From: an uncultured Thermoleophilia bacterium
GTDB lineage: Bacteria; Actinomycetota; Thermoleophilia; UBA2241
Assembly (NCBI GenBank): GCA_963762125.1
Contig: CAVXJO010000012.1
Location: 26,392-90,391 of the forward strand
Direction: 5' to 3'
DNA length: 64,000 nt
Shown piece after piece: positions 19,059-28,017 of the stretch. Under the pieces are notes generated by a model. The model saw nothing but the letters and a program-made list of their open reading frames with translations. It was not told where the DNA came from and made no database searches. The translations under genes were made by a program, and so were the position numbers. Numbering within the stretch: the stretch's first letter is position 1; every line of letters begins with the position of its first letter.

Positions 19059-19136
19059 CGGCTACAGGTCCGTAACCGGCGCGGGCGCGAAGAGTGTCAC
19101 GCCTCCACCTGGGCGCCCGATTACGGACCCGTAGCC
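19059..19136. promoter_or_regulatory. long imperfect inverted repeat (arms of about 23 bp, about 25-nt spacer) in a divergent intergenic region
   Basis: cggctacAggtccgtaaCcggcg...cgcccgAttacggacCcgtagccg; the two arms pair with two mismatches. Confidence 0.3.
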
Positions 19137-19225
19137 GCGACGCAGACGGAGCGCAACCTCGGCCGGCGATACTCGTCACAGGCAGCCGGACGAGTCCGGC
19201 CACGACCTGACCAGTGAGGTGCGCG

Positions 19226-19807
19226 ATGTCCGATCCGACCAACGAGAACGCCGGCGCCACACCGCCGGAGAACCCGCCAGCAGGCGAGGCGCAGCAGCCG
19301 GCCGGTGAGGGCGCGGCCGCGCCGCCGGCCGCCGCCGCCGAGGCGCAGACCGCAGCCATGCCGGCCGCCGGTCCGGCGACAGAGCAGCCTGCGGCCGTTG
19401 CTCCCGAAGCGACGACCGCTGTCTACGCGGCCGCCCCTGCCGGCGCTCCCCCCGCGCCGCCGGCTCAGGCCTGGTACCGGCGACGCTGGGCCATCATCTC
19501 CGGCGCGGTCGCCGCGGCCGTGATCCTGTTCCTCGGCGGCATGGCCGTCGGCGCCGCCATCGGCGACAACGGCCGGGGTGACTTCCGCGCCCTCCACAAC
19601 GCGATACCCGGCAGCGGCCAGGGCTACGGCCACGAGGGCTGGGGTGACAACGGCATGGGCCGGCGCATGGCCCCGGGCATGGGCCAGGGCGGCCAGGGCT
19701 ACGGACACGGCTGGGACCAGGATGGCTACGGCCGGCCCCAGGCTCCGGGCGCGACCCCGGTCCCGCTCCCCAGTCAGCCCGCGTCCCCGCAGGCGCTCAC
19801 GCAGTGA
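19226..19807 (+). CDS. single-pass membrane protein with a Pro/Ala-rich cytoplasmic N-terminus and a Gly/His/Tyr/Trp-rich extracytoplasmic tail
   Basis: MSDPTNEN..., then the TM helix WAIISGAVAAAVILFLGGMAVGAAIG, then GQGYGHEGWGDNGMG...GQGYGHGWDQDGYG. It lies directly upstream of an OmpR-type two-component system. Confidence 0.5.
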   Translation: MSDPTNENAGATPPENPPAGEAQQPAGEGAAAPPAAAAEAQTAAMPAAGPATEQPAAVAPEATTAVYAAAPAGAPPAPPAQAWYRRRWAIISGAVAAAVILFLGGMAVGAAIGDNGRGDFRALHNAIPGSGQGYGHEGWGDNGMGRRMAPGMGQGGQGYGHGWDQDGYGRPQAPGATPVPLPSQPASPQALTQ

Positions 19808-19819
19808 CGCTGGCGCGGA

Positions 19820-19860
19820 AGCGCGCCCGCCCCCGCTCTCCCCGGCGGGGCGGGCGCGCC
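19820..19860 (+). terminator. GC-rich hairpin (gcgcgcccgcccc...ggggcgggcgcgc), a candidate terminator or attenuator between this protein and the response-regulator gene
   Basis: A 13-bp perfect stem seen directly in the sequence. There is no clear U-tract. Confidence 0.35.
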
Positions 19861-19879
19861 CCGTGCTACGATTCCGGCC

Positions 19880-20581
19880 ATGGCTGACCGCGCCCAGACC
19901 ATCCTCGTGATCGAGGACGACCCGGCGGTGGGCGAAGCCCTCGTCGAAGGGATCGGCACCGAGGGCTACCAAGTCCATTGGGAGACCACGGGGGAAGGCG
20001 GCGTCGCCTTCGCCCGCGACTTCTCGCCGCAGCTCATCGTCCTCGACGTGCGCCTGCCCGACGGCAACGGGTTCGACTTCTGCCGCCAACTCCGGCAACT
20101 CGGCCTCCGCCAGCCCATCCTCATGCTCACCGTCCAGTCGGACCAGATGGACAAGGTCCTCGGCCTGGAGATGGGCGCCGACGACTACCTCACCAAGCCC
20201 TACCACCTGCGCGAACTCATCGCCCGCATCCGCTCGCTGTTGCGCCGGGCCTACGGCGAGTTCGCCTCCGCCGAGGCGGACGTGCTGTACGCGGGGGATC
20301 TGACGATCGATCGCACCCGCGCCACCGTGACCCGCGAGGGCCGCTCGCTCAACCTCACGCCGACGGAGTTCCGCCTGCTGGTCTTCCTCGCCCAGCACCC
20401 CGGCCAGGTGTTCAGCCGCGGCCAGCTCATCGAGAACGTGTGGGGCAGCGACGCCGACTTCTACGACGACAAGACGGTGAGCGTCCACGTCCGCCGCCTG
20501 CGCGAGAAGATCGAGCACGAGCCGAGCGCCCCCTCGGTCATCCTCACGGTGCCCGGCATCGGGTACCGGCTCGCCACGTAG
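19880..20581 (+). CDS. OmpR-family response regulator
   Basis: REC domain (ILVIEDDPAVGEAL...LDVRLPDGNGF) plus a winged-helix domain (LTPTEFRLLVFLAQHPGQVFSRGQLIENVWG). Confidence 0.9.
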   Translation: MADRAQTILVIEDDPAVGEALVEGIGTEGYQVHWETTGEGGVAFARDFSPQLIVLDVRLPDGNGFDFCRQLRQLGLRQPILMLTVQSDQMDKVLGLEMGADDYLTKPYHLRELIARIRSLLRRAYGEFASAEADVLYAGDLTIDRTRATVTREGRSLNLTPTEFRLLVFLAQHPGQVFSRGQLIENVWGSDADFYDDKTVSVHVRRLREKIEHEPSAPSVILTVPGIGYRLAT

Positions 20582-20588
20582 GCGCGCG

Positions 20589-21977
20589 ATGCGCAGGCAC
20601 TCGCTCAGATGGAGGCTGGCGCTCACCTACGCGGGCATGGCGCTGCTCACCGCGGTGATCCTCGGCGGCATCCTCATCGGCGTGCTCGCCGGCCACTATT
20701 CCAAGGCCGAGGACTCCTACCTGACCGCCAGCGCCAAGCTCATCGTGGCCGACCCGCCGCCGCTCACCACGGTGCAGGACCTGACCTCGTGGGCCCAGGC
20801 GGCGGCGCTCACCACCCAGACACGCGTGCAGGTGTACTCGCAGAGCGGCAGACTGGTGGTCGACTCCGGCTCGCCCAACACGCTCGACGCGGAGACGTTG
20901 CTCGGCCGCGGCGAGGGCTTCGGCCGCCGCGACCACGGCGGACTGCCGAACCCACTCGGCAACGGCCTGTTCGGCAGCGCCGGCGGCGCGCGCTCCAGCC
21001 GTTCACTCACCATGGACATGGGCAACGGCGCCTACGTGAAGTTGTCCGAGGGACCCGCCTCGGGCCGCGACGCGCTGATGAGCGCGGTCCTGGCCTGGAT
21101 CCTGGCGGCCGCGCTCGCCGTCGGCCTCGCGGCCCTCGCCGGCTACCTGGTCGCCGCACGCATCGCGCGGCCGGTGGTCGCGCTCACGGAGGCCAGCGAC
21201 AAGATGGCCACCGGCGATCTCGGCGCCCGCGCCCCTGTGGCCGGAGGCGACGAGGTCGGGCGCCTCGGCGAGTCCTTCAACGGCATGGCGGCCCGCGTGC
21301 AGACCACCGTGACCTCCCTGCGCCGCTTCGTGGCCGACGCGGCGCACGAGATCGGCACGCCTCTCACGGCGCTCCAGGCCGACCTGGAACTGGCCCAGCG
21401 CAAGGCGACGGGTGACGACGAGCGCCGGCTCGTCGACCGGGCGCTGGTCCAGACCGGACGCCTCGCGAACCTTTCGGACAACCTGCTGCAACTCTCGCGC
21501 CTCGAAGCCGGCGAGCCGGCCGGCGAGCCGCAGAGCTCAGACCTCGCCGTCGTCGCTCACGAGCTCGTCGACGGCGTGGCCTCCCGCGCCGAACAGGCCG
21601 GCGTCGAGCTCGTGGTCGACGTCGCCCCGGGGCCTCTCCGTGTGCCCGTCGAGCAGGCGCGGCTCCAGACCGTCCTCGTCAACCTGCTCGACAACGCCGT
21701 GAAGTTCACGCCCGAGGGCGGCGCCGTGACGCTCTCCGTGCGGCAGCAAGCGGGCCAGGCCGTGACCACGGTGGCGGACACGGGCGTCGGCATCCCGGCG
21801 GAGGAGCAGCGCGCCGTGTTCGAGCGCTTCCACCGCGCGCGCAACGTCTCCGCCTACCCGGGCAACGGTCTTGGGCTGGCGATCGTGAGAGCCGCCGTGG
21901 AGCAGAGTGGCGGCCGCGTGTCGTTCGCCAGCTCGGAGGCCGGCACGACCTTCAGCGTCTCGCTTCCGCTGGTCTAG
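20589..21977 (+). CDS. sensor histidine kinase (HAMP, HisKA, HATPase_c)
   Basis: H-box FVADAAHEIGTPLTAL; N, G1 and G2 boxes near the C-terminus (GVGIPAEEQRAVFERF, GNGLGLAIV). Confidence 0.9.
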   Translation: MRRHSLRWRLALTYAGMALLTAVILGGILIGVLAGHYSKAEDSYLTASAKLIVADPPPLTTVQDLTSWAQAAALTTQTRVQVYSQSGRLVVDSGSPNTLDAETLLGRGEGFGRRDHGGLPNPLGNGLFGSAGGARSSRSLTMDMGNGAYVKLSEGPASGRDALMSAVLAWILAAALAVGLAALAGYLVAARIARPVVALTEASDKMATGDLGARAPVAGGDEVGRLGESFNGMAARVQTTVTSLRRFVADAAHEIGTPLTALQADLELAQRKATGDDERRLVDRALVQTGRLANLSDNLLQLSRLEAGEPAGEPQSSDLAVVAHELVDGVASRAEQAGVELVVDVAPGPLRVPVEQARLQTVLVNLLDNAVKFTPEGGAVTLSVRQQAGQAVTTVADTGVGIPAEEQRAVFERFHRARNVSAYPGNGLGLAIVRAAVEQSGGRVSFASSEAGTTFSVSLPLV

Positions 21978-21978
21978 T

Positions 21979-24348
21979 CTAGACGGCGTCGGGGGGGCGG
22001 GTGCCGGTCTCGGCCTGATCCGCGGACGCTGCGGGCGGCCGGGGCGGCCCCTCGGAGCGCTCCAGCCCGGCCGGCTCGACACCGCTCCCATCAGGCGCCT
22101 TCTCCGCACCCTGTCGGGCGGGAAGGTAGCGGCTCAGCCGCAGACCCTGCGCCCGCCGACCGGCGCGCTCCGGCGAATCCACCGCATCCTCCGCGGTCGC
22201 CGGGAACCGGCCCGGCACGGCCGCAGAGGTGACCACCGTCGCGCCGGCGGCGCCGGCTGCGGTCGCGCCGGTCTTCGCGTGCTTGGGGATCACGTTGATG
22301 ATCGCCTCACACGGCAGGTTGTCGAGCACGTAGTCGATCGTGCGGCCGAAGACCTTGTCGGCAATGCGGCGCTTGCTCTGCGAGCCGAGGATGATCACCT
22401 CGGAGCGGCGGGCGATGGCTTCTTCGACGATCGCCCGGCCGGCCGACCGCGCCGTGACCACGACCGGGGTGAGCTTCACGTTGAACATGTCGGCGGCCTG
22501 CGCCGCGCGTTCGAGGATCCGGCCGGCCCGCTGGCGTTCCTCCGGCAAGCTCGCGTCGATCGGCAGGTTCAGCGGCACCTCGATCACGTAGAGCGCGTCG
22601 ATGGAGGAGTTGCGCTCCGTGGCCAGCTGGCAGGCGAGCACCATCATCTCCTCGCTCACCGCGGTGTCGCGCACCGGCACCAGGAGCTGGTCGTAGACCA
22701 CGTCCTCCTGCAGAGTCGTCGGCAGGGTCGGCGACTTCACCGTCTTGGTGAGCGAATAGCCCTGCGCCTTGCGGAAGATCACGTAGGCGACGATGCCGAT
22801 CCCCACCCAGGCGATGCCGATGAAGCCGCTCAGCGGCTTGAAGTAGAGGATGATGCACCAGACGGCGAAGGTGCAGATCCCGCCGATGACGGCGGTGAGG
22901 GGGACCGACACGCCTCGGAAGTCGAAGTTGAGCGGCGGACGGAACGGCCGCGGCAGATCAGGTTCCTTGCGCCTCAGGACGACCACGGAGATGTGGGCGG
23001 CGGTGAACGAGATCATCGAGCCGAACGCGTAGAGGTCGGCCAGCAGCGTGACCTGGCCGGGCAGGATGAGGATCACGGCGATGATGCCGAAGAAGATGAC
23101 CGCGACGTAGGGCGTGAGGCGGGTCGGATGCACGCGTCCGAGGATGCGGGGCAACTGGCGGTGCTGCCCCAGGGAGAAGGCGAGCCGCGACACGCCGATG
23201 ATCCCGGCGTTCGTGGCGATGAACAGGATCGTCGCCGCGAGGATGCCGACCCAGGGACCGAGGATCCAGCGCAGCCAGGCGACGTTGTCCGGCAGGAAGC
23301 GAACCATGCCGAGCACCGGATCGGCCACGTAGTTGCTGCCCAACTGGGTGCCGTAGAGCTTGGTCACCTGCCGGCCGCCGACGGTCACGACCTCCCCGGT
23401 CGGCTCCTGGGCAGGGATGACCACGGTGCCGTCGGAGAGCGTCTCCAGGGGCACGTAGGCCGTGATCCTGGGGTCGGACTTGAGCACATACGTGCCCTCC
23501 GGCTTGCCGGGAATGACCACCACGGGAACCGTCTCGCCGGTCGCCGGGTCCACCGGGACGGTGTTGAAGTCGACGTTCATCGACGAGAGCGCCGCCAGCG
23601 GCATGCCGATGTACACGACCAGTACGGCGATGATGACGAAGTTCATCGAGCGCGGTACGTCCTTGTCCGGGTGGTGCGCTTCCTCCGCCATGTTGGAGAT
23701 GGTCTCGATGCCCGTGTAGGCCACCGTGCCGATGGCGAGGCCGTACAGGAACTGGCCCCAGGTCGGCGCGACGCCCCAGTGGATCTGCGACAGCAGGATC
23801 GTGGGCTCGAACAGGAGCACAAGCGCGATGATCATGATCAGGACCTGCGTCCCCAGGTCGAGGAGCGCAAGGACGACGTTGAGGGCAGCCGCCTCCTTGA
23901 TGCCGACGATGTTGATCACGACCAGGACGGCGATGGCGATGGCGCCGCCGATGATGTTGTACGGCGGCTGCTTGAGGACCGGCCAGAAGATCGAAAGATA
24001 CTGCGGCACGAACAGCGCCGAGATGGCGATCGTGGCCGTGTAGGTCAGCATCTGCGCCCAGCCGATGCCGAAGCTGGCGAACTCGTTGAAGGCGCGCCGC
24101 GTGAAGCTCGAGGCGCCGCCCGCCTCGGGCATGGCTGCAGTCGCCTCCGAGTACGACCACGCCGTGCAGACGAAGAGTGCACCGGTGATGACGAAGACCG
24201 CCGGGGTCAGGCCGAGGGCGGCCACGGCGACGACGCCGAGGGCGTAGTAGATGGAGGACCCTACGTTGCCATACGCGGTGCTGAAGAGGGCTCCCACCCC
24301 CAGCACCTTGTGCAGCGATTGTCCTTCTCGACGTTTACGGCGTGCCAC
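21979..24348 (-). CDS. APC-family amino-acid permease fused to tandem C-terminal universal stress protein (UspA) domains
   Basis: The N-terminus SLHKVLGVGALFSTAYGNVGSSIYYALG is an APC signature, followed by about 12 TM helices and two Usp-like modules at the C-terminus. A probable GTG start lies near 24348. Confidence 0.8.
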   Translation of the reverse strand: MARRKRREGQSLHKVLGVGALFSTAYGNVGSSIYYALGVVAVAALGLTPAVFVITGALFVCTAWSYSEATAAMPEAGGASSFTRRAFNEFASFGIGWAQMLTYTATIAISALFVPQYLSIFWPVLKQPPYNIIGGAIAIAVLVVINIVGIKEAAALNVVLALLDLGTQVLIMIIALVLLFEPTILLSQIHWGVAPTWGQFLYGLAIGTVAYTGIETISNMAEEAHHPDKDVPRSMNFVIIAVLVVYIGMPLAALSSMNVDFNTVPVDPATGETVPVVVIPGKPEGTYVLKSDPRITAYVPLETLSDGTVVIPAQEPTGEVVTVGGRQVTKLYGTQLGSNYVADPVLGMVRFLPDNVAWLRWILGPWVGILAATILFIATNAGIIGVSRLAFSLGQHRQLPRILGRVHPTRLTPYVAVIFFGIIAVILILPGQVTLLADLYAFGSMISFTAAHISVVVLRRKEPDLPRPFRPPLNFDFRGVSVPLTAVIGGICTFAVWCIILYFKPLSGFIGIAWVGIGIVAYVIFRKAQGYSLTKTVKSPTLPTTLQEDVVYDQLLVPVRDTAVSEEMMVLACQLATERNSSIDALYVIEVPLNLPIDASLPEERQRAGRILERAAQAADMFNVKLTPVVVTARSAGRAIVEEAIARRSEVIILGSQSKRRIADKVFGRTIDYVLDNLPCEAIINVIPKHAKTGATAAGAAGATVVTSAAVPGRFPATAEDAVDSPERAGRRAQGLRLSRYLPARQGAEKAPDGSGVEPAGLERSEGPPRPPAASADQAETGTRPPDAV

Positions 24349-24370
24349 GGCGTGTCCTGTGCGAACCCGG

Positions 24371-24697
24371 TCAGACCCTGAAGCCGGGCTCGCGCACGAC
24401 CACGACCGGGCAGCCCGCCCGCATGACGACTGCAGGCGACACATTGCCCGTGGACGCGTGGCGGAGGCGTGACCGTGGCCGGCGGCTCATGGCGATGAGC
24501 CCAGCGCCGCCGGTCTCAGCCTCATTGCCACGCACTACCTCGACCTCGACGGGGTCTTGGGTGGAGGCGACGAGATCGGCCGCGGCAGCCGTCCGGGCGC
24601 CGGGGCCGCCGCATGCGAGCATGCTCCTCTCGATCACCTCAACCCTCCTCGCACGACGGACCAGGACTGCTTCCCTCCTCAATTGAAGCAGTCCCAC
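24371..24697 (-). CDS. short universal-stress-protein-like ORF (C-terminal USP motif; N-terminal half missing or degenerate)
   Basis: ...GGAGLIAMSRRPRSRLRHASTGNVSPAVVMRAGCPVVVVR matches the USP C-terminal G-x2-G-x9-G(S/T) and CPVLVV motif. An upstream in-frame stop lies immediately 5' of the GTG. Confidence 0.4.
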   Translation of the reverse strand: MGLLQLRREAVLVRRARRVEVIERSMLACGGPGARTAAAADLVASTQDPVEVEVVRGNEAETGGAGLIAMSRRPRSRLRHASTGNVSPAVVMRAGCPVVVVREPGFRV

Positions 24698-24829
24698 TCA
24701 CGCCCTACATCGAGCGCGAGAAGGAGCATGCCTCCATTCGTTAGACTGAGAAATCGGTCATCCGAAAGGCTGAGCGTCACAACTGGTCCCTGAGCCTTGA
24801 GTGAGCGTCGCGATGCCGGCGTCGGCGCG

Positions 24830-25492
24830 TCAGACGAGGCCGCGTCGGATGGCGATGGCCGTGGCCTCCGTGCGCGTGGAGACGCCGAGCTTGGACATGA
24901 CGCTGCTCACGTGCGTCTTGACGGTGGCGACGCCGATGACCAGGCGCCCGGCGATGTCGGCGTTGGTGAGCCCGTCCGCCATGAGCTTGAGCACCTGCTG
25001 CTCGCGTGCCGTGAGCGAGTCGGCGCCCGGCTGCGGCGCGGACACCGAGCGCACGAGCGCGTCGGCGGCCTCGGGCGCCAGCGTGGAGCGCCCGGCGTGG
25101 GCATTGCGCACGGCGTCGGCGAGCTGGTCGGCCGACACGTTCTTCATCAGGTAGCCGATCGCGCCGGCGCGGAGCGTCTCCCCGATCAGGTCTTCCTCCG
25201 TGAAGCTGGTCAGGGCGACGACCTTGGTGCCCGGGCACGAGGCGAGGATCCGCCGCGTCGCCTCGATCCCGGAGGTGCCGGGCATCACGAGGTCCATGAG
25301 CACGACGTCCGGCCGCAGTCCTTCGCAGAGCCGGACCGCATCCTCGCCGTCGCCCGCCTGTCCGACCAGTTCGATGTCGTCGAACATCCCGAGCACGACC
25401 TCGAGCCCGCTCCGCACCAGCACGTGATCGTCGACGATGACGACCCGGATCTTGCCCTCGCCGGCGTCCGGCACCGCGCCTCCCTCAGTCAT
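24830..25492 (-). CDS. NarL/LuxR-family response regulator
   Basis: MTEGG...IRVVIVDDHVLVRSGLEVVL (REC domain) and a C-terminal LuxR HTH (LTAREQQVLKLMADGLTNADIAGRLVIGVATVKTHV). ATGA overlap with the upstream kinase gene. Confidence 0.9.
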   Translation of the reverse strand: MTEGGAVPDAGEGKIRVVIVDDHVLVRSGLEVVLGMFDDIELVGQAGDGEDAVRLCEGLRPDVVLMDLVMPGTSGIEATRRILASCPGTKVVALTSFTEEDLIGETLRAGAIGYLMKNVSADQLADAVRNAHAGRSTLAPEAADALVRSVSAPQPGADSLTAREQQVLKLMADGLTNADIAGRLVIGVATVKTHVSSVMSKLGVSTRTEATAIAIRRGLV

Positions 25493-26982
25493 GCTTCTCC
25501 GTCCTGACGCCATTCCGCCGTCACCGTCGTGCCGGCGCCCGGGGCGCTGTCGACGGTGACCGCCACTCCGGCCTCCAGAGCGCGCTCGCGCATGATGGCG
25601 AGCCCGAAATGCTCGGGGGTCACCGTGGCCTCGTCGAACCCGCGCCCGTCGTCGCGCACCGTGAGGCGCGCTGCCGGTCCCGTGAGGTCGAGCATAACCC
25701 ACGCCTCGCCCGCGCCGGAATGACGACTCACGTTCTGGAGGGCCTCCTGGGCGATGCGGAACAGCGCCACAGCGACCTGCTGCGGCACCCGGACGCTCCC
25801 CCGCACCTCGTGGTGTACGGTGACGCGCGACCCGCCTTCGGTGGCCGCGGCCAGCTGCTCCAGCAGCGTGGTGAGCGACGCTTCGGCCAGCGTGACGGGG
25901 CGCATCTCCATCAACAGCGTGCGCATCTCGGCGAGCGCGCCACGCGCCAGCCGCTCCACGTCTTCGACGTTCTCGCGCGCCTCGTCGGTCGTCGGCCGCC
26001 AGCGGCGGCGGATGGCCTCGGCCTTGAGGCTCGCCGCGAACAGCGACTGCGTGACGGAGTCGTGCAGGTCACGCGCCAGCCGCGAGCGCTCGGTCGCCGC
26101 CGCGGCCTGGCCGATCTCGTCCCGCAGGCGCGCGTTCTCGATGGCCAGCGCGACCTGGCCGCCGAACGACGCCGCCAGACGCACGTCGAGGTCGGTGAAC
26201 TCGCGCTCGCGCCGATAGGTCAGCGCGAGCACCCCGTAGGCCTCGCTGCGCACCAGCAGCGGCACGGCGAGGAGCGCGCCGCCCGTCTCGCCCTTGGCCA
26301 CCGGTACCGGCGCGCGCTCGGCGAGCGCGCGCACGACGGCGTCGTCGCGCCGCGACACGGGCAGCGCACCATCGCACGACAGCGAGCCGGTCGCGGCGGC
26401 GACCTCGAGGACCTCGGCCTCCGGATCGAAGCGGTAGACACAGCAGCCGTCGCTGCCCAGCAGCTGGCTCGCCTGATCGATCACCCGGCCGAGCAGGTCC
26501 GACAGCGGCCGGTCCGAGTCCAGCACCACGACCTCCTGCAGCGTCTGCAGTTGCGCCGCCAGCGACTCCAGCATCACGGTGGTGGAGCGCTCGGTCTCGT
26601 AGAGCTGGTCCACCTGCTTGAACAGGTAGGAGAGGGCGATGAGCGCGACCCCGCTGAGCACGCTGAAGCAGACGACGGTGATGGTGGGGCCGTCGACCCG
26701 GTCCTGGATGATGATCACGTAGACGGCGAGCCCGAGACAGACCAGGGCAACGGCGATGGTCGTGCGCACGCGGAGCGTCAGCGCCGCCAGGGTGACCGGT
26801 ACGAGATAGAAGCCCGCGATCGGATAGCTGGGGATCGCAAGGTCGAGCACCAGGGCGCCGGCGATCGTCGCCGCCACCAGCACGGTCACCAGGAAGCGGT
26901 GGCTGCCCAACGCCGACACCCGCCCCACAAGGCGGGGGAACCGCCGCTGGTGATAGGCCGGGTCGCCGGCCGTCGTCGTCAC
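25489..26982 (-). CDS. membrane sensor histidine kinase with a GAF domain (HisKA_3/NarX-type)
   Basis: An N-terminal TM region, GAF domain, ARDLHDSVTQSLFAASLKAE (HisKA_3 H-box), and a C-terminal HATPase domain (DDGRGFD...GLAIMRERA). Confidence 0.85.
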   Translation of the reverse strand: MTTTAGDPAYHQRRFPRLVGRVSALGSHRFLVTVLVAATIAGALVLDLAIPSYPIAGFYLVPVTLAALTLRVRTTIAVALVCLGLAVYVIIIQDRVDGPTITVVCFSVLSGVALIALSYLFKQVDQLYETERSTTVMLESLAAQLQTLQEVVVLDSDRPLSDLLGRVIDQASQLLGSDGCCVYRFDPEAEVLEVAAATGSLSCDGALPVSRRDDAVVRALAERAPVPVAKGETGGALLAVPLLVRSEAYGVLALTYRREREFTDLDVRLAASFGGQVALAIENARLRDEIGQAAAATERSRLARDLHDSVTQSLFAASLKAEAIRRRWRPTTDEARENVEDVERLARGALAEMRTLLMEMRPVTLAEASLTTLLEQLAAATEGGSRVTVHHEVRGSVRVPQQVAVALFRIAQEALQNVSRHSGAGEAWVMLDLTGPAARLTVRDDGRGFDEATVTPEHFGLAIMRERALEAGVAVTVDSAPGAGTTVTAEWRQDGEA

Positions 26983-27066
26983 TCAGGACCTCCCCGACGA
27001 TTGCCGCCTCAGCCTACCGCCCACACCCGGCAGCACCAAGGGGGCGCGCAGGACGCTGCTCCAGCG

Positions 27067-27627
27067 TCAGAAGAGGTGCTCGATGAGGATGTTGACGCCG
27101 ATGCCGATGAGGATGAGGCCACCGACGACCTCCATGCGCCTGCCGAGGAGCGCCCCGAAGCGCCGGCCGAGGTGCAAGCCGACGGCGGTGAAGACGAAGG
27201 CGACGACGCCGATCACGATCGCCGGGAACCAGATCGAGACGCCGAGGATCGCCAGCGACAGACCGACGGCGAACGCGTCGATGCTCGTCGCCACGGAGAG
27301 CACGACGAGCGAGGCTCCGCGCGTGGCGTCCCTGGCCGCGCGCTCCGCCTCGTCCCCCCAGACGGCCTCGTAGATCATGTGGCCGCCGATGGCGGCCAGC
27401 AGGGCGAAGGCGACCCAGTGGTCGACGCTGCTGATCCAGCGCTCGACCGACCGGCCGGCTAGCCACCCGACGATCGGCATGAGCGCCTGGAACAGGCCGA
27501 AGTGCCAGGCAAGCCGCAGCGTCGTGCGGCGGCTCACCCGGGTCGCGTTCAAGCCGATGCCGATCGACACGGCGAACGCGTCCATGGCGAGGCCGACGGC
27601 GATACCGAGGAGCGTGAGGGGGTTCAC
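27067..27627 (-). CDS. mntP: manganese efflux pump MntP
   Basis: GTG start; (M)NPLTLLGIAVGLAMDAFAVSIGIGL...SIDAFAVGLSLAIL shows the duplicated DAFAV motif of the MntP/DUF204 family. Confidence 0.85.
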   Translation of the reverse strand: MNPLTLLGIAVGLAMDAFAVSIGIGLNATRVSRRTTLRLAWHFGLFQALMPIVGWLAGRSVERWISSVDHWVAFALLAAIGGHMIYEAVWGDEAERAARDATRGASLVVLSVATSIDAFAVGLSLAILGVSIWFPAIVIGVVAFVFTAVGLHLGRRFGALLGRRMEVVGGLILIGIGVNILIEHLF

Positions 27628-27687
27628 GGGCGGCTGCGCTCGGCGCTCACTGGGATCACGGCACCTCCAAGGCTCTGCCCCCGCCGG

Positions 27688-27835
27688 GGAAGAAGAAAAG
27701 ACCCCGGCACCTGTCGTGCCGAAGGTCTTGCCGCGAAGTGCGCGACCGGGGCGAGGCCCGGGATGTCGATCGCGCCGCCCGTGGTGGCAGGCCGGCTACT
27801 CCCCAACGGAACGCTGAGTCTAGCCGCGCGGCCGA
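27688..27835 (-). promoter_or_regulatory. yybP-ykoY (Mn2+) riboswitch in the mntP 5' leader, with an intrinsic-terminator expression platform
   Basis: The minus-strand leader contains the conserved GGGGAGUAGCC motif and a downstream GGCAAGACC segment. These are followed by a 14-bp hairpin aagaccuucggcac-gacag-gugccggggucuu plus a U-tract UUUUCUUCUUCC, about 60 nt before the mntP GTG. Confidence 0.65.
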
Positions 27836-28017
27836 GGAGGGGTCAACTGGCGCCGGCCGGACGGGACCGCCGTCACCGGGTCGCCCAGGAGGCTGGCCGG
27901 CCGGCCGGAAGTAGGCGTTGCCGGCATCCTGCTCCGGAGCTACGCTGCCGGCAGGTCACCGAAACGGAGGGTGACAACGCCAGCGAGCCGCACAAGGCCG
28001 TCGTCAGGAGGAACAGC

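Noticed and set aside
21907-24381. 824-aa plus-strand ORF
   Set aside because: It is antisense to the APC permease-USP gene, which has unmistakable transporter motifs on the minus strand.
24698-24829. Missing N-terminal half of the USP-like ORF
   Set aside because: I translated all three minus frames upstream of the GTG. None gives a USP-like ILVxVDGS segment, so no additional gene or frameshift is called here.
25609-27462. 617-aa plus-strand ORF
   Set aside because: It is antisense to the GAF histidine kinase and mntP.
27836-28017. Possible cobalamin riboswitch in the approximately 180-nt leader of the B12-rSAM operon
   Set aside because: I searched by eye for the B12-box/GCCACUG, GGUG...CC and CCCGCAACUGU cores and none is present. 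Only a short hairpin (ggtcacc...ggtgac) was found.
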